A DNA stretch of 64,000 bases from NCBI RefSeq assembly GCF_006345805.1, contig NC_042997.1, positions 139,686,001 through 139,750,000 on the forward strand, in the 5' to 3' direction. The notes beneath the pieces are model-generated. The model was not told where the DNA came from. It made no database searches and saw only the letters and a list, made by a program, of their open reading frames with translations. How positions within the stretch are numbered: position 1 is the first letter of the stretch; each line of letters starts with the position of its first letter. The DNA comes from Octopus sinensis. Lineage: Eukaryota. The position numbers were made by a program, and so were the translations under genes. Shown here piece by piece: positions 35,954 to 47,849 of the stretch.

Positions 35954-38114
35954 AAATCCTGGAACAAGTTACTAATGCATATTTCAAGTAAAAGTTTTTA
36001 CCAAGCCATCAGTTTCTAGTGATAATGTATAAAACCTGCATCATTTAGTACACTCAGTTAGAAATCACTAATTGTGGTTTTTACTCATTTCACCTTCTCC
36101 ATTCATTTCCTTGGAAATATTGGGATTAAAAATATTCAGCTTTAGATACAAATATCAGAAAAGTATGCTATCACTACCAGTAATGTATGATATCACTATT
36201 AGTAATCAGATTTGTTTTACAATCTTTTTATATCCAAATGGCTGTATCAAGTTATTTTTTATGCAAAATTCATCTGATGAAGGAATTGTCTGGTAAAAAA
36301 TGGCATAATTTTTCATAAAGCAAATTTGTTGGCAAAGATATTTTTAAAAACTTCATGAAGGTTATTTCTGGAAAGTGAAATCCTGTTCAGAAAATGTTTG
36401 CTGTTTAGTAATACAGAATATTTTTTTGTGAAAAAATGCAATCATCTCTTCTAAGTGTTGTTTCTATCTTTCTAGGGAAAAGATACCAGGCTTCATTCAA
36501 TTCATTGCAAAGTTAAACTTAACCAATGCCACTGTTTTCATCATATAACACTGTTGTTAGCAAACTGCAGCTGTTTTTATATGAAGTTTGTTTGTCCTTT
36601 ATAAAATAATGATAAAGACAATACACTTTCTTTGGAAGTGTGTGTAAATAAATGTTATAAGAGAGCAATGCAACTGGGAGGAGATGGTGATGTGAAAAGT
36701 GGGTGCAGTAGGAATGAATACCATAAAGTTAAAAGTAATTTTGTGGGGAAAATTTTCAATAAATAATGCACTACTTGGTTTGCCTATGTAATATATGAAA
36801 TGTGTATAATAGTGTGTATAGATATGGGAATGTAAATGTTTCGCTTTGCTTGTATAATAAACAGGGCTCTGTCTCCTCGGGCGTCTTCTAGTAAGTGACA
36901 ATATGACCAAGTCCTCATTAACCATAGTTATCTGAAACACAGTAGGAGTCAAATGATACAGTATCAGCTCTCCAGATAAAGAGTTATTTTTATATCTCAT
37001 GATGTGCATTGGGCAAGACGATGCACTTCTGTTCTGTTTACTTTGTGACAGCAAAACAAATAACAAAGCAAGTAATTAGGAAATGGAGAACAGCAGAAGT
37101 AAATGTTAACTCGTTAACATAGGCCAAATGATTGAATGATCTTTGAGGAACTATTGTAAATGTAAACAAAATTCATTATTCTCCCTTGTAATGAACTTTA
37201 TATATGAAAAATTACCATTGTTATATCTTATTTTCTTATGTTTCTATGATGTATTTAATATGCCTTCTTTCTAGCAAAATATAAAATAAAATTATTATAG
37301 CACATGCACTATTTTTTATTAAAAACAGCTACTTTTTTGTAATATATTGGTGTACTTTTTTTTATTTGCTTCATTATTTCGCATCTCTTCTTTATGTCCA
37401 AAGATGCTTGCTTGTCTCAGATCAGATAGATGGAATCAGTGAGTAAAACTGCTACTGTTAATAGAGATAATGAAATGGAAATTACTTCCTTTTAGATGCA
37501 CATTGTGAAGTTCCATGTGGTGGTGGTACTCAGATTGAAGAATTTCATGTAATGTTTGATATGGATGTTAAAAGGCAAATAATTCCAAAAGAAAAGTGAG
37601 GAGAAAAGAGATGTGTGGTAAGAATAGGGTCAGATTGAAATGCTATGTCCTGAAAAAACAGTTAATTGTAGCAGTAGTTGCAGAGGTGGAGGAAGGATAC
37701 AATATTAGGACAAAGAGTGAATGTTTTCATTAAAAGAAGGTTTATTAGTTAAGTTAGTGCAATACCTAGGCACAAGAATAGCATTTCATAAGAGTTATGT
37801 CTTGTATGGTAGAGGATAACACATGGAAAGGGTGAGAATGAAGGAAAGAACTTGTTGCACAAGAATAAGGGGATGTAATATGTCAAAGAGGAGTGGTGCA
37901 TTTTTAGAGGGAAGGGGAGAAAGAGATGAGCTGTGGAGAATAGCTTGACAGGGCAGTATGAGTGTAGGGACAATGCCCAGCTTGTACCAGCACAGACAAA
38001 ATGCTTTTAGGACCTCATATTTGCCATTATGAATGGGTTTTCTCAATCACAGCAATCTTTATCATCTTTTCTTTGAGGCATTGCATTTTGAGATCAGCCT
38101 TCACTACTCCATCC

Positions 38115-38410
38115 CATGTCGTCTTGGGTTTTCCTTTTGCACAAGTTCCATCCACCGTAAGTGGTTGACACTTCTTTATGCAGCTGTCCTCATCCATATG
38201 CATCACATGACCAAACTAGTGCAGTCTTCTCTCTTGAACAGATCTGATTCCTCTTATGCATAGTTTCTCTCTCAGCACATTAGCACTGTCATACACGCAC
38301 ATAGATATTACACATTCAACAGTCTCTAGTCTTCACATGTCCTCAAGACCCATGTCTCACTACCATGTAGTTTTTTTTTGCTTGTACACATGCATCATAC
38401 AATTTGCCTT
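38115..38410 (-). mobile_element. RTE LINE C-terminal fragment
   Basis: Minus strand reads FGHVMHMDEDSCIKKCQPLTVDGTCAKGKPKTTW. Confidence 0.7.
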
Positions 38411-39174
38411 TCACTCAGATACATTTATATGATGTACTTTCATGCAGTTTCCATCAACCAAATTCACTCCCAAAGCATTGGTTGACCTAAGGCTATAAAA
38501 GAAGACACTTGCCCAAGGAACTGTGCAGTAGAACTGAACCTGAATAAAATGGTTGCAAAGCAAACTTCTTAACCACACAACCATGTCTGCATTGAAATAT
38601 TTTTGGATAATTTTGTTTAATTGGATGACAGAACCATGTAACTAGTTCATTTTTTTATATATGTAAGTAAAATCAAAGGATAAAAATAAAGATATTTATA
38701 ATTCAAAAATTTGATTTATCAAATTATATACATGTGAAATAAATAAAAAGTTATGTAACTGTTTTCTTCACCATTCATAATAATGGTTTCATATTTTGGC
38801 ACAAGGCCAGCAGTTTTGGGGAAAGGGGTACATCAGTTACATTGACCCCAGAGCTGAGTACTTAGATGTGTGAGAATAGATACATGTGAATCTTCTCAAC
38901 ATATATGTACACACACACACAAACATGTATACACACACATGTACACAAACATACATATATGTAGGCACGTGTATATCATAGTTCTCAATAGAGTGGTTAT
39001 ATCAATCAAAGTATACAGTATTATAGATCCATTTCAGACAAGCTAACCAGTAGGTTTTTCACTGGCAATAAATAACCAGATAAGTAACACCACATACTGT
39101 TATCTAATATCTGATTATTTAATACCCAGTGCAAAACTAATTATTTGTTAGATCAACTCACAAGTATCTTTTGT

Positions 39175-40436
39175 TCAGTCTGTCTCATTCTCCTCACTAT
39201 GTTCCCTCATGTACTGATCAACAGTATATTCTGAATGTTTTTTGTCACTAGTATTTTTTTGCCTGAGGAGGTCCTTTAGAAATTTTTCATCTGGAATCTT
39301 AGCCTTTTTGATGTCATTTTCAACAAAAGCAAATTTTGAAGGTTCAGTTTGACCTTTCACCTTGTTGATGAGTCTAGTATAATTCAAGTCATAGACTTGA
39401 TATGTAAATTGAGTTGTAATGCTAGAAGAAATTTCATCAGAGTCTTCACTGGAATCTGACACAGGAGTCTTTTCTGTAGTAGCTGTATTTGAGTCATATT
39501 TAACTTCTAAATCATTGTCATCAATTTGATTTTGCAAAGGCTTCTGTGTATCTTTGAGTATCACTTTTGGTTCAGACTTGAGGAAATCACAGTCTGAAGT
39601 TGATTTAAAATCAGTACCCATATCGGCCTCTTTTAACAGTTTCAGTATCTTTTCGTAGTTTACACTGGACGTATCAGGCACAAATACAATTGGTGGGACG
39701 GTACCAACTAAATGGTAATCAATCAGACGTTGTCTGTAATAATACAAAGAGTTTTGGAATTGTTATATGATATGAAACCAAACATTCAAATTGTTTTAAA
39801 GAAAAGCATGGGAAAATGTCTTTTACTCTAGCTTTGTGGGTGAAATTGGAGAGAGAGCAACATATTACAAAATATAGCCAATGAAATGTACCAGTTCTTA
39901 GATGAACATCACTACCTGGCTCTTAGGTGCCACTATGTTCAAAGCATTCATACTAAGTCCCTGTTTTGAGGATAATCATCATCATCATCATCGTTTAGCA
40001 TCCGCTTTCCATGCTAGCATGGGTTGGACGATTTTGACTGAGGGCTGGCAAACCAGATGGCTGCACCAGGCTCCAATCTTGATCTGGCAGAGTTTCTACA
40101 GCTGGATGCCCTTCCTAACGCCAACCACTCCGAGAGTGTAGTGGGTGCTTTTTACGTACCACTGGCACGGGGGCCAGTCAGGCGGTACTGGCAATGACCG
40201 CACTCGAATCTTTTTGTAGGTGCAGTTTTTTTTACTTGCTTCAATCATTGGACAATGTCCATGCTGTAACACTCCTTCATGAATTTAGTTAAACAAATTG
40301 ACTCCAGTACTTATATTTTTTTAAAGCCTGGTACCTGTTTTGACGGCCTTTTTTGCTGAAACGTTATGTTACAGGGATGTAAGCAAACCAACAAAGATTG
40401 TCAAGTCATGATGGGAGACACACACAAAGGCATACA

Positions 40437-40469
<33 letters not shown>

Positions 40470-43400
40470 ATATACACATGCACACACATGTAATGGGCTT
40501 CCACACATTCCCCATCTGCTAAATTCACTCACAAGACACTTACTCGAAGTGCTGTAACTTAAAACTACATGGTTGCAAAGTGAGTTTCTTAAACACATAG
40601 CAACACCTGCACCTTAAAGTGTATTTTTTCCCCCCACTTCTTCCAATAGTCTCAAAGGCCCTGCCAAAAGGTACGACTACTATCCTTTCCTTCTCTAAGA
40701 CAAAAAAAATATCCCTAAAAATCAACCATCCAGAACCTATGTCCAGATAGCGAAACACATCTACATATCTCTTATGACAAAGAATGTGGAAGAAATGAGA
40801 GAGAAGAACTCAGTGATGGAGCAGGGAACTATATTTTGAGTGATGTCAACCATTTAAGATTTTGATTTTATTGACTCAATAAAAGAATCATGACTCATTT
40901 AAATGAATCTATGTGGCTCAGATATTTTCAATATTTCTTTCACTAACCTCTAGCTGCCAAACTTGCATTTTAATGTCTTAAAGGTTATAAAGAATGGCTT
41001 TGAATTTCAGGGAAGAAGTTTAATATAATAAACTAAACTCATACTTGAATCTGTCTATCTTTCAACTTCTCAAAGATAAAAGGGAAATTTATCAGTATTT
41101 GAAGTTTCATTGTTAAAAACTTTGACTTAGAGAAATTCAACTATTTAGATAATGATTATTTTCTCCTCACAAAGGGTGTAATTTTAATTAATTAAAATTT
41201 GTTGCCTCACTACATTAAGTGTGTTAGCAACCATTTTACTATCTAACTCCTTTCATCCAATTACAATTGGAAAAACATTTCACTGGTTAAGTACCTTCCA
41301 CTGTCAGTTGGTATAACTTTTATACCAAAGATACATACATACTATCACCACCACTCTTACTCCCAGCAGCAGCAGTAGCTGGTCTGCTTTGGTAAAACAT
41401 CATAAACAATAAAAGAGCAGTAAAAGGTTACATGTTTTGCTTACCTTATGGAATAAGATTTCTTGGTCAGCATATCCTGAATAATATCATCTTTTTCTGT
41501 TCCTGTTGCCACCCAGTAAACAGTCACAGCTGTAAAGTCATTATCAATCTTCACCTGTAAACAAATATTGATTTATTATTATTATTTTTTTTTTGATTTG
41601 GCATAAGGTTATGTTTTCTAAGGTTCTAAGTCAATTTAATAAAATCAATGGTAATTATTCTTACTTATTTTACTGTAATTTCTAGCATACATAGCAACAT
41701 GATATATAGTGTAAGCATTCAAACTTCATCACTATCTTACCAAATCTTGCTGCATTTCACATGGAATTTTTGGTCCTGCAAATTCTTCCTGATGTATAAA
41801 TAGACCTACCTTTTATTAGCTGTAAATTTTGACATGTTACCAGAAAATACAATTTTAACTTGGAGGAAGACCTATGTAGAACTATGCCAGTAAAAGAACA
41901 ATATCCTCAGCCTTGTCTGAAAATCAATATCAAATCTTTACTTTGAACATGATATATTTGCCATGTGTTGCAAGAAGAAACTATCAACACTTTTACAAAG
42001 CATAAGAGATTATTTTCTTGTTTTTCCACCTGAGCTAAGTAACCAGTTAAAAAATCTCACAGATTCATAAGGCTAATATTGACATCCAGTTCCTGGAGCA
42101 TAAAGTAAAATAAGACAAATTTCCTATTGGGTAGGAACAAACTACATTGCAGGAAATTTTCCCAAAGCAGACATAATTAAATGTGCTCTTTTTACAATGA
42201 CACAGTAAAAAAATGATTCTGAATGATCTTTGTTGTTTGCTTCCAGGCTTTTTGAAAAATATTACCTTGCTTGGAAACAAGAGATAGTTGGCAACAGAAA
42301 GGGCATCTAGCCATAAAACAAATCTGCCTCAACAAATTCTGGCTGACCCATGCAAGCATGTAAAAGTAGGCATTAAATGATGATGATAAATTTTAAGTTT
42401 TACACTTCAGTAAAACACACCCTATTTAACAAATGACATTGAAAAAGTTATTCAGTGCATTTCAGTAATAAAGAAAAGAATTTAGTTAAGAAAAATGAAC
42501 TAACTTTAGAGATTTCAACATTTTCATTGATATTTTCATGGTCAAATTCAATAAGATCTGAAATATAGTGATAAAACACTTTGCTGATCTGTTCCAATCG
42601 TTTCTGCCTGACAGGATTAATTTTTTTCTTAGCAGGCCCAAAAACGTTTGGAATGTTCTGGAATGAAGAAAAAGCAAACATGTTTATATATATATAAAAC
42701 GGAGTTTGTGTGTGTGTGTATGTTCCTTATGGATTTGAAAACTGGGTTGCTAATTTTGTCGTATGTGGTATCAAAGATTCAGTAAACTTTTGGCTACCAA
42801 ATAAAGTATGTTTTTTGCACAACCACTCTTTTTTACTACAAAAATAACCTCGGAAACGAGATTGGGTCACAAAATTTTGAGGTCTTTAGCTAAGGGAAGC
42901 AACTCTGCCTGAACAATCTTTACATCTTAGAGTATGATGAGAAAATGTTTAAAATACATGGAGTTTTAGCAGGGAATGAAACTTTAAAGATATACAATCA
43001 ACTTTATTAGTATTATTTAGTAGATAATCTTTTAATGTGAAGTATGTTTGTCTGTGTTTTGTTTAGCCTAGAGTTGCCTCTGATGTAGCAGACCCATCGC
43101 ATAGTCTTTTTTTTTTGTTTTGTTTCTTCCTGAAATACTGTAAATCTACGTTTTTCTTTTCATGGAAGGGTATTGTTTTAAGAGAGATTTGGCTGCTATT
43201 TGTAGTAGCTCAAGTTACTGTAGAGACACCTGTGTGTGTGAGTGTGTATGTGAGTGTGTGTGTGTGTGTGTGTATGTGTTTTGTTGTGAAAAAAATACTT
43301 TTTCTCAGAATGTTTTGCACAATAATTTAAGAAATTTAGACATCTTTCTTACTGCTAACCACTCAACTTCAAATTACAATTGTTAATTGTTAGAAATCAA

Positions 43401-46400
43401 GTAGACTGAGATGTACATAGAGTGTTATTGTATAGATTGGAAGTTCAATAAGAAGTTTTGAACTCATTATCTTGTGGTTAGTAATCCATTGCCTTAAATT
43501 TGAAGCCATTAAGTCTTTAAAACATTATTTTACTGGGTTTAGTCTTTCGACTGTCACCATGACGAGTATCACCTTCAAAAATTTAATTGATCATACTGAC
43601 CTCAGTACATATTTCATTCTGGCATTTATTTTATAGATCTCTGTTTGATGAACTGCTAACTTTGAGACATAGTGGGACACAATACTCGATTTAACAACAA
43701 ATGTAAATACATACACACACACATATTAGGTGCAAGAATGACTGTGTGGTTGAGAAGTTTGCTTCCCAACCACATGGTTCCACATTCAGTCTCTCTGCAT
43801 GGTATCTTGGGCAAGTGTTGTCTACTATAGCCCTAGGCCAACAACAGACTTGTGATTGAATTTGGTAGATGGAAACTACAGTGCTGTTCATCAGAAAATG
43901 ACCAAAAAACATTCTTTGCTTCATACTCCTTGTGTGCCAATTCTGCCCATAAGAAAGGAACAGATAATACAATGTGGCTGTAAGTCATAACACCTAGGTA
44001 ATGTCGGGATGCATTACTAGTAGAATATATTCCAATATTCAAAACTTTTATTTAGTAAACACCAAGTATTTTATTATATTTGAAAATTCAAACTAACAGT
44101 GGTCAAAAATAGATCATTAAGTTTGTTCATATTTTTTATTTCAATCTCTGAAGAGATAAAATTATTTGCTTTCAATCAGAATAGATACCACTAACCCTAA
44201 TCCAATCTTTGGGAACATGCTACAGTATATGATTCATGCCACAAAAGAGTAATCCATCTGACCCTGTCAGCTAAGTCCTTATCACTCAAAATCTAAGACA
44301 TGGAAACAATTGTTCAATCCGGTCAGAGCCAATCTCTAACACCTGCCAAACAATATCATTCTAAAAATAAATAGTCACATCATTGAAATTTGAAAGCTGA
44401 GACAATGCATGATTAATTCAAAACAATCTTCTATGTTCAATCTGGTACTTATTTTATCAACCCCAAAAGGAGATGAAAAGCAAAGTCAACCTCGGTGGAA
44501 TTTAAATTCAGAACATAAAGACAGGCAAGATGCCACTAAGCATTTCACTTGACTTGCTAACAATTCAGCCAACTTGCTGCCTTGATCCAGTCAAATAAGA
44601 ACCCAATAAATTTCAGTTAGGATTCAGGACTGAGTAAAGTATATCTATAACTTTAGTAGGGATGGTAAATAGTAATAATCAACAGAAACTTACCATTGAA
44701 TAATGAATGGTTTTCTTTCTGAAATTAAAAGGAAAATCATATTTGTAAGAAGAAATAAAATATGAAAGCAGAAAAAAACGAAAATACACCTGTTTGATAG
44801 TCAAACTAAACAGCTATCTATACAAGCTGTTTCATGTCATGAAGTATTCTGTCAAGGTTTGTTGTTCCTCTTGGTATATATTTTGGCAATTGAGCCCATT
44901 GCTGTGGAGATTGGACATGTTCAATACCACCTAGAGACATACTTTAACAAAAACTGAGGGATGCCTCACTCCCAGTGGTCTTCCAACACTGAAGACATGA
45001 ACCTAGAATTTCTGAAGGCCTGTGCTATTACTAGATAGTAGTTGACCCTACACTAGGTTCATCTGTCCCTTTGATAGGTCTTGTTTTTTTGTCCTGTTTG
45101 GTTTCTAGCAACCCTCCTCACCAGGCAATCCTAGTGGGGGTGCCAATTGTGTGTGTGAGCTACACACTTTGTCCATTCATAATAGAATGCACATTCTTTT
45201 GAGAAATCAAAGTGGGGCTTAGGACAAAAAATGGTCGGCATGTATTGCTCTCCAGCAAAGATCACAGTGAGTACCAGCAGTAACCATCACAGACCTTGAC
45301 TTCACAGATGATATAGTACTCATATCTAATGAAACAGATCAAGTACAACAGCTGCTCAGCAGAGTAGAAACATCAGCTGTTAAAACAGAAATATACACAA
45401 ATGTCAAGAAAATGGAATACATGTCTTTCAACCAACAAGTGATGCTGAACTGTTTGCTTTGAGTGGTTCCAAATTGAATATTGCTGAAGATTTCAAGTAC
45501 TTAGGTGGTTGGGTGAGCAGTTTGTAAGCAGACATCAAGATCAGAAAGACACAAGCATGGACAGCCTGTTACAAACTAAAGAAGGTCTGGAACTCCAAAT
45601 TGCCCAGGTAAATCATAATCAAGCTGTTTATTGCAACTGTCAAACCAGTGCTATTATATGGCTGTGAAACATGGACACTGTCAAAGAAATTATCAAACAG
45701 GCTAAAAGGATGCTATGAATTGCCCTAAATATGAAATGGCAGCAACATATGACAAATGAATGCCTTTATGGACACTTGTCAAAAGTTAGTAAGAAAATCA
45801 GGCAATGATGGCTGTGACTATCTGATTACTGCATGTGCAACCCTGAATTAGAGACATCCAAATTAGTCTTGTGGAACCCACTTCATGGTGATATAAGAAG
45901 AGGAAAACATTGTCACATTTACATTGACAACTTAATTACAGACACTGGCCTGGAATGTATCTAGGACTTCAAGGCAGTGAAAATGGACTGAAAAGTGTGG
46001 CAGGTAGACTTTGTTGCTGCAGCCCATGTTGGAACCTGGCCATAATAAACAAGATATCACTACCCAATCTTCCTCAAATGCTACACTGCTGCATCTTAAA
46101 AATCCTTTATAGGAGCAGAACCAGAGAGATGATATGTTAGAATCTTTCCCAGGGTTATTAGAGAAAATAAAAGTTGGAACTACCTGGAGTCGAAACATGT
46201 TTGGTTCCTCCAGCAGCATTACAGGTGCATCTTTTTCTAGCGAATAAAGTGCTGCTGGCCTTAACTCATAAGAGAGTATGATATGGTAACATATATCATA
46301 CTTTCGTTAATTGTGCTGGGTGCATATGTGGTCGTGTGCAGATATAGACAACCCACTCTCCATTGTCACAGGGGTACATCCAGCAAGTGACAGCTGGAAG

Positions 46401-47347
46401 GAGGGTGAGCTGCACCAGCACACATCTAGTATTCATTTACAAGTGAGTAAACTGGAGCAATGTGAAACGAAGTGCTTTGCACAGGGACACAACACGCCAC
46501 CTCATGCGGGAATTGAATTTACGACTTTCCCGAACACCTTTACCACAAGGCAGTGCGCTTTCACTGTTGAATTAAGGAGTCTAGTCTTTAATTCGTGATT
46601 CTAGAAGTCTTTTTGATGTCTACGGCAGTACTAAAATAGTTTAAGGTCCCTGAAAATAAATTACTTAAAATATAGATTTTTCAAATAACTAGATTTGTCT
46701 GACAGTTTTATATTGGGAATAAAAGTATTCTTTTTATGAGAAACAACAATTTTTGTTATATTTTAGTGAGTTATATATTACATTTTAGTTCGTATTCCAA
46801 ACGAACAAAATTATAAGAGGAGTATAGTAAAAGAGCCATTACAATTCGCGTGGTACATTTTTACGGATGGCTATCTCTATCCCGGTCAAAGTGAGTAGGG
46901 AAAGGGTTCACAGCCAAGGTCGCAGAAAGCTTACATTTTAATTGGTTTGAAAAGAAACACCTTGTAGTTTGTTAGCCTGCAATTCTACTCCTGTTAGCAT
47001 ACAAAGCCTAGATCTGATAACAATTCCACCAAGTTGCCATTGGAAAAGTACCGCTGTAGTTCTCAGTCCAGATAAGGGAACTACCACCTCGGAATGAAAA
47101 GACTGGGATACCGTTCTCTAGGTCTAAGGTCGACACTTCATTCAATGCGGTAACCAACTGCTGTTGATCAGTCGTCTACAGCAACAAAGATATAACGATG
47201 TAACTTTCCTTACCGTTTCCCTCCTTTGTTAATCATCTTCTGCAGGGTTTTTGATTTCATTAAATCTCTGTGGACACAAGAAAAATGAATTCCTTTGGAT
47301 GTTTGAACTGAAATTCTCCTTATACAACTACGGACGAAGAAAGACAT
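39175..47347 (-). CDS. RBFA: Putative ribosome-binding factor A, mitochondrial (326 aa)
   Basis: Exons 47347-47214, 44718-44694, 42657-42505, 41554-41445, 39733-39175; all GT-AG, phases 2/0/0/2, 981 nt in total. The N-terminus MSFFVRSCIRRISVQTS resembles a mitochondrial transit peptide. RQKRLEQISKVFY..ISDL, VEISKVKIDNDFTAVTVYW and VGTVPPIVFVPD..LLKEADMG match RBFA motifs. Confidence 0.93.
39975..40215 (-). mobile_element. RTE LINE 3'-UTR copy
   Basis: (CAT)n-cgtttagcatccgctttccatgctagcatggg, the well-preserved common tail. Confidence 0.8.
45150..46010 (+). mobile_element. Decayed RTE-like LINE (RT C-terminal half)
   Basis: EDFKYLGGWV, DIKIRKTQAWTAC.KLKKVWNS, LFIATVKPVLLYGCETWTL, with many stops. 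Confidence 0.75.
46400..46560 (-). mobile_element. tRNA-derived SINE (family C) head
   Basis: Reverse complement has a tRNA-like head (ccttgtggtaaagg...aaattcaattccc), then gtgttgtgtccctgtgcaaagcacttcgtttcacattgctccag. Confidence 0.6.
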
Positions 47348-47849
47348 GCTTACAGTTGGTAGTAAGTCGCTTAAGCCCTTACATCAAACTGCAAAAGGAA
47401 ATTATGGATTCGTTTCAACAATAAAAACAAACAAAGAAATAAAATCAATAATTAAAATATATACAGTAAAAACAAATTATTTCATTTCAGTATATTTTTA
47501 TATGATATATTCAGAAAAATAAGGCCCCTACCCTCACTTCAATTTAGACTATTTTACAGGAATAAGGTTTAATGAGTAAGAATTAGTGATATTTTGGTCC
47601 TATAAACAGTTGACTCAATCAGTAATATTTAGAACTTATTCTAATGAAGAAATCCTGGGAAGGCATGGATAGTTGTGGTCAGGTGGGAAGGAAAAGCATA
47701 GTATTTTTTTAGCTTATGTTTACAATCTAAGCGAAGACTAATTTTTGAAGAGACGTATGTCAATGGGGAACACCGTTAGGTAATTGAGAGTTACCTCCCT
47801 TCATTAGTAAGTGCCAACAAACTTATTACGTTCGAAACAGGACAGTGTG
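47348..47849. promoter_or_regulatory. Putative bidirectional promoter, RBFA/TCF25
   Basis: Divergent ATGs at 47347 (-) and 47850 (+) are 502 bp apart, and CpGs are more frequent around 46.8-48.0 kb. No specific motif was identified. Confidence 0.6.

Noticed and set aside
36599-37066. 155-aa minus-strand ORF with an acceptor-like site, between CENP-T and RBFA
   Set aside because: No homology recognised and no partner exons found.
47811-47849. Upstream GTG start for TCF25 given by the ORF track
   Set aside because: Homology begins at ATG 47850 (MSSRALRRL).
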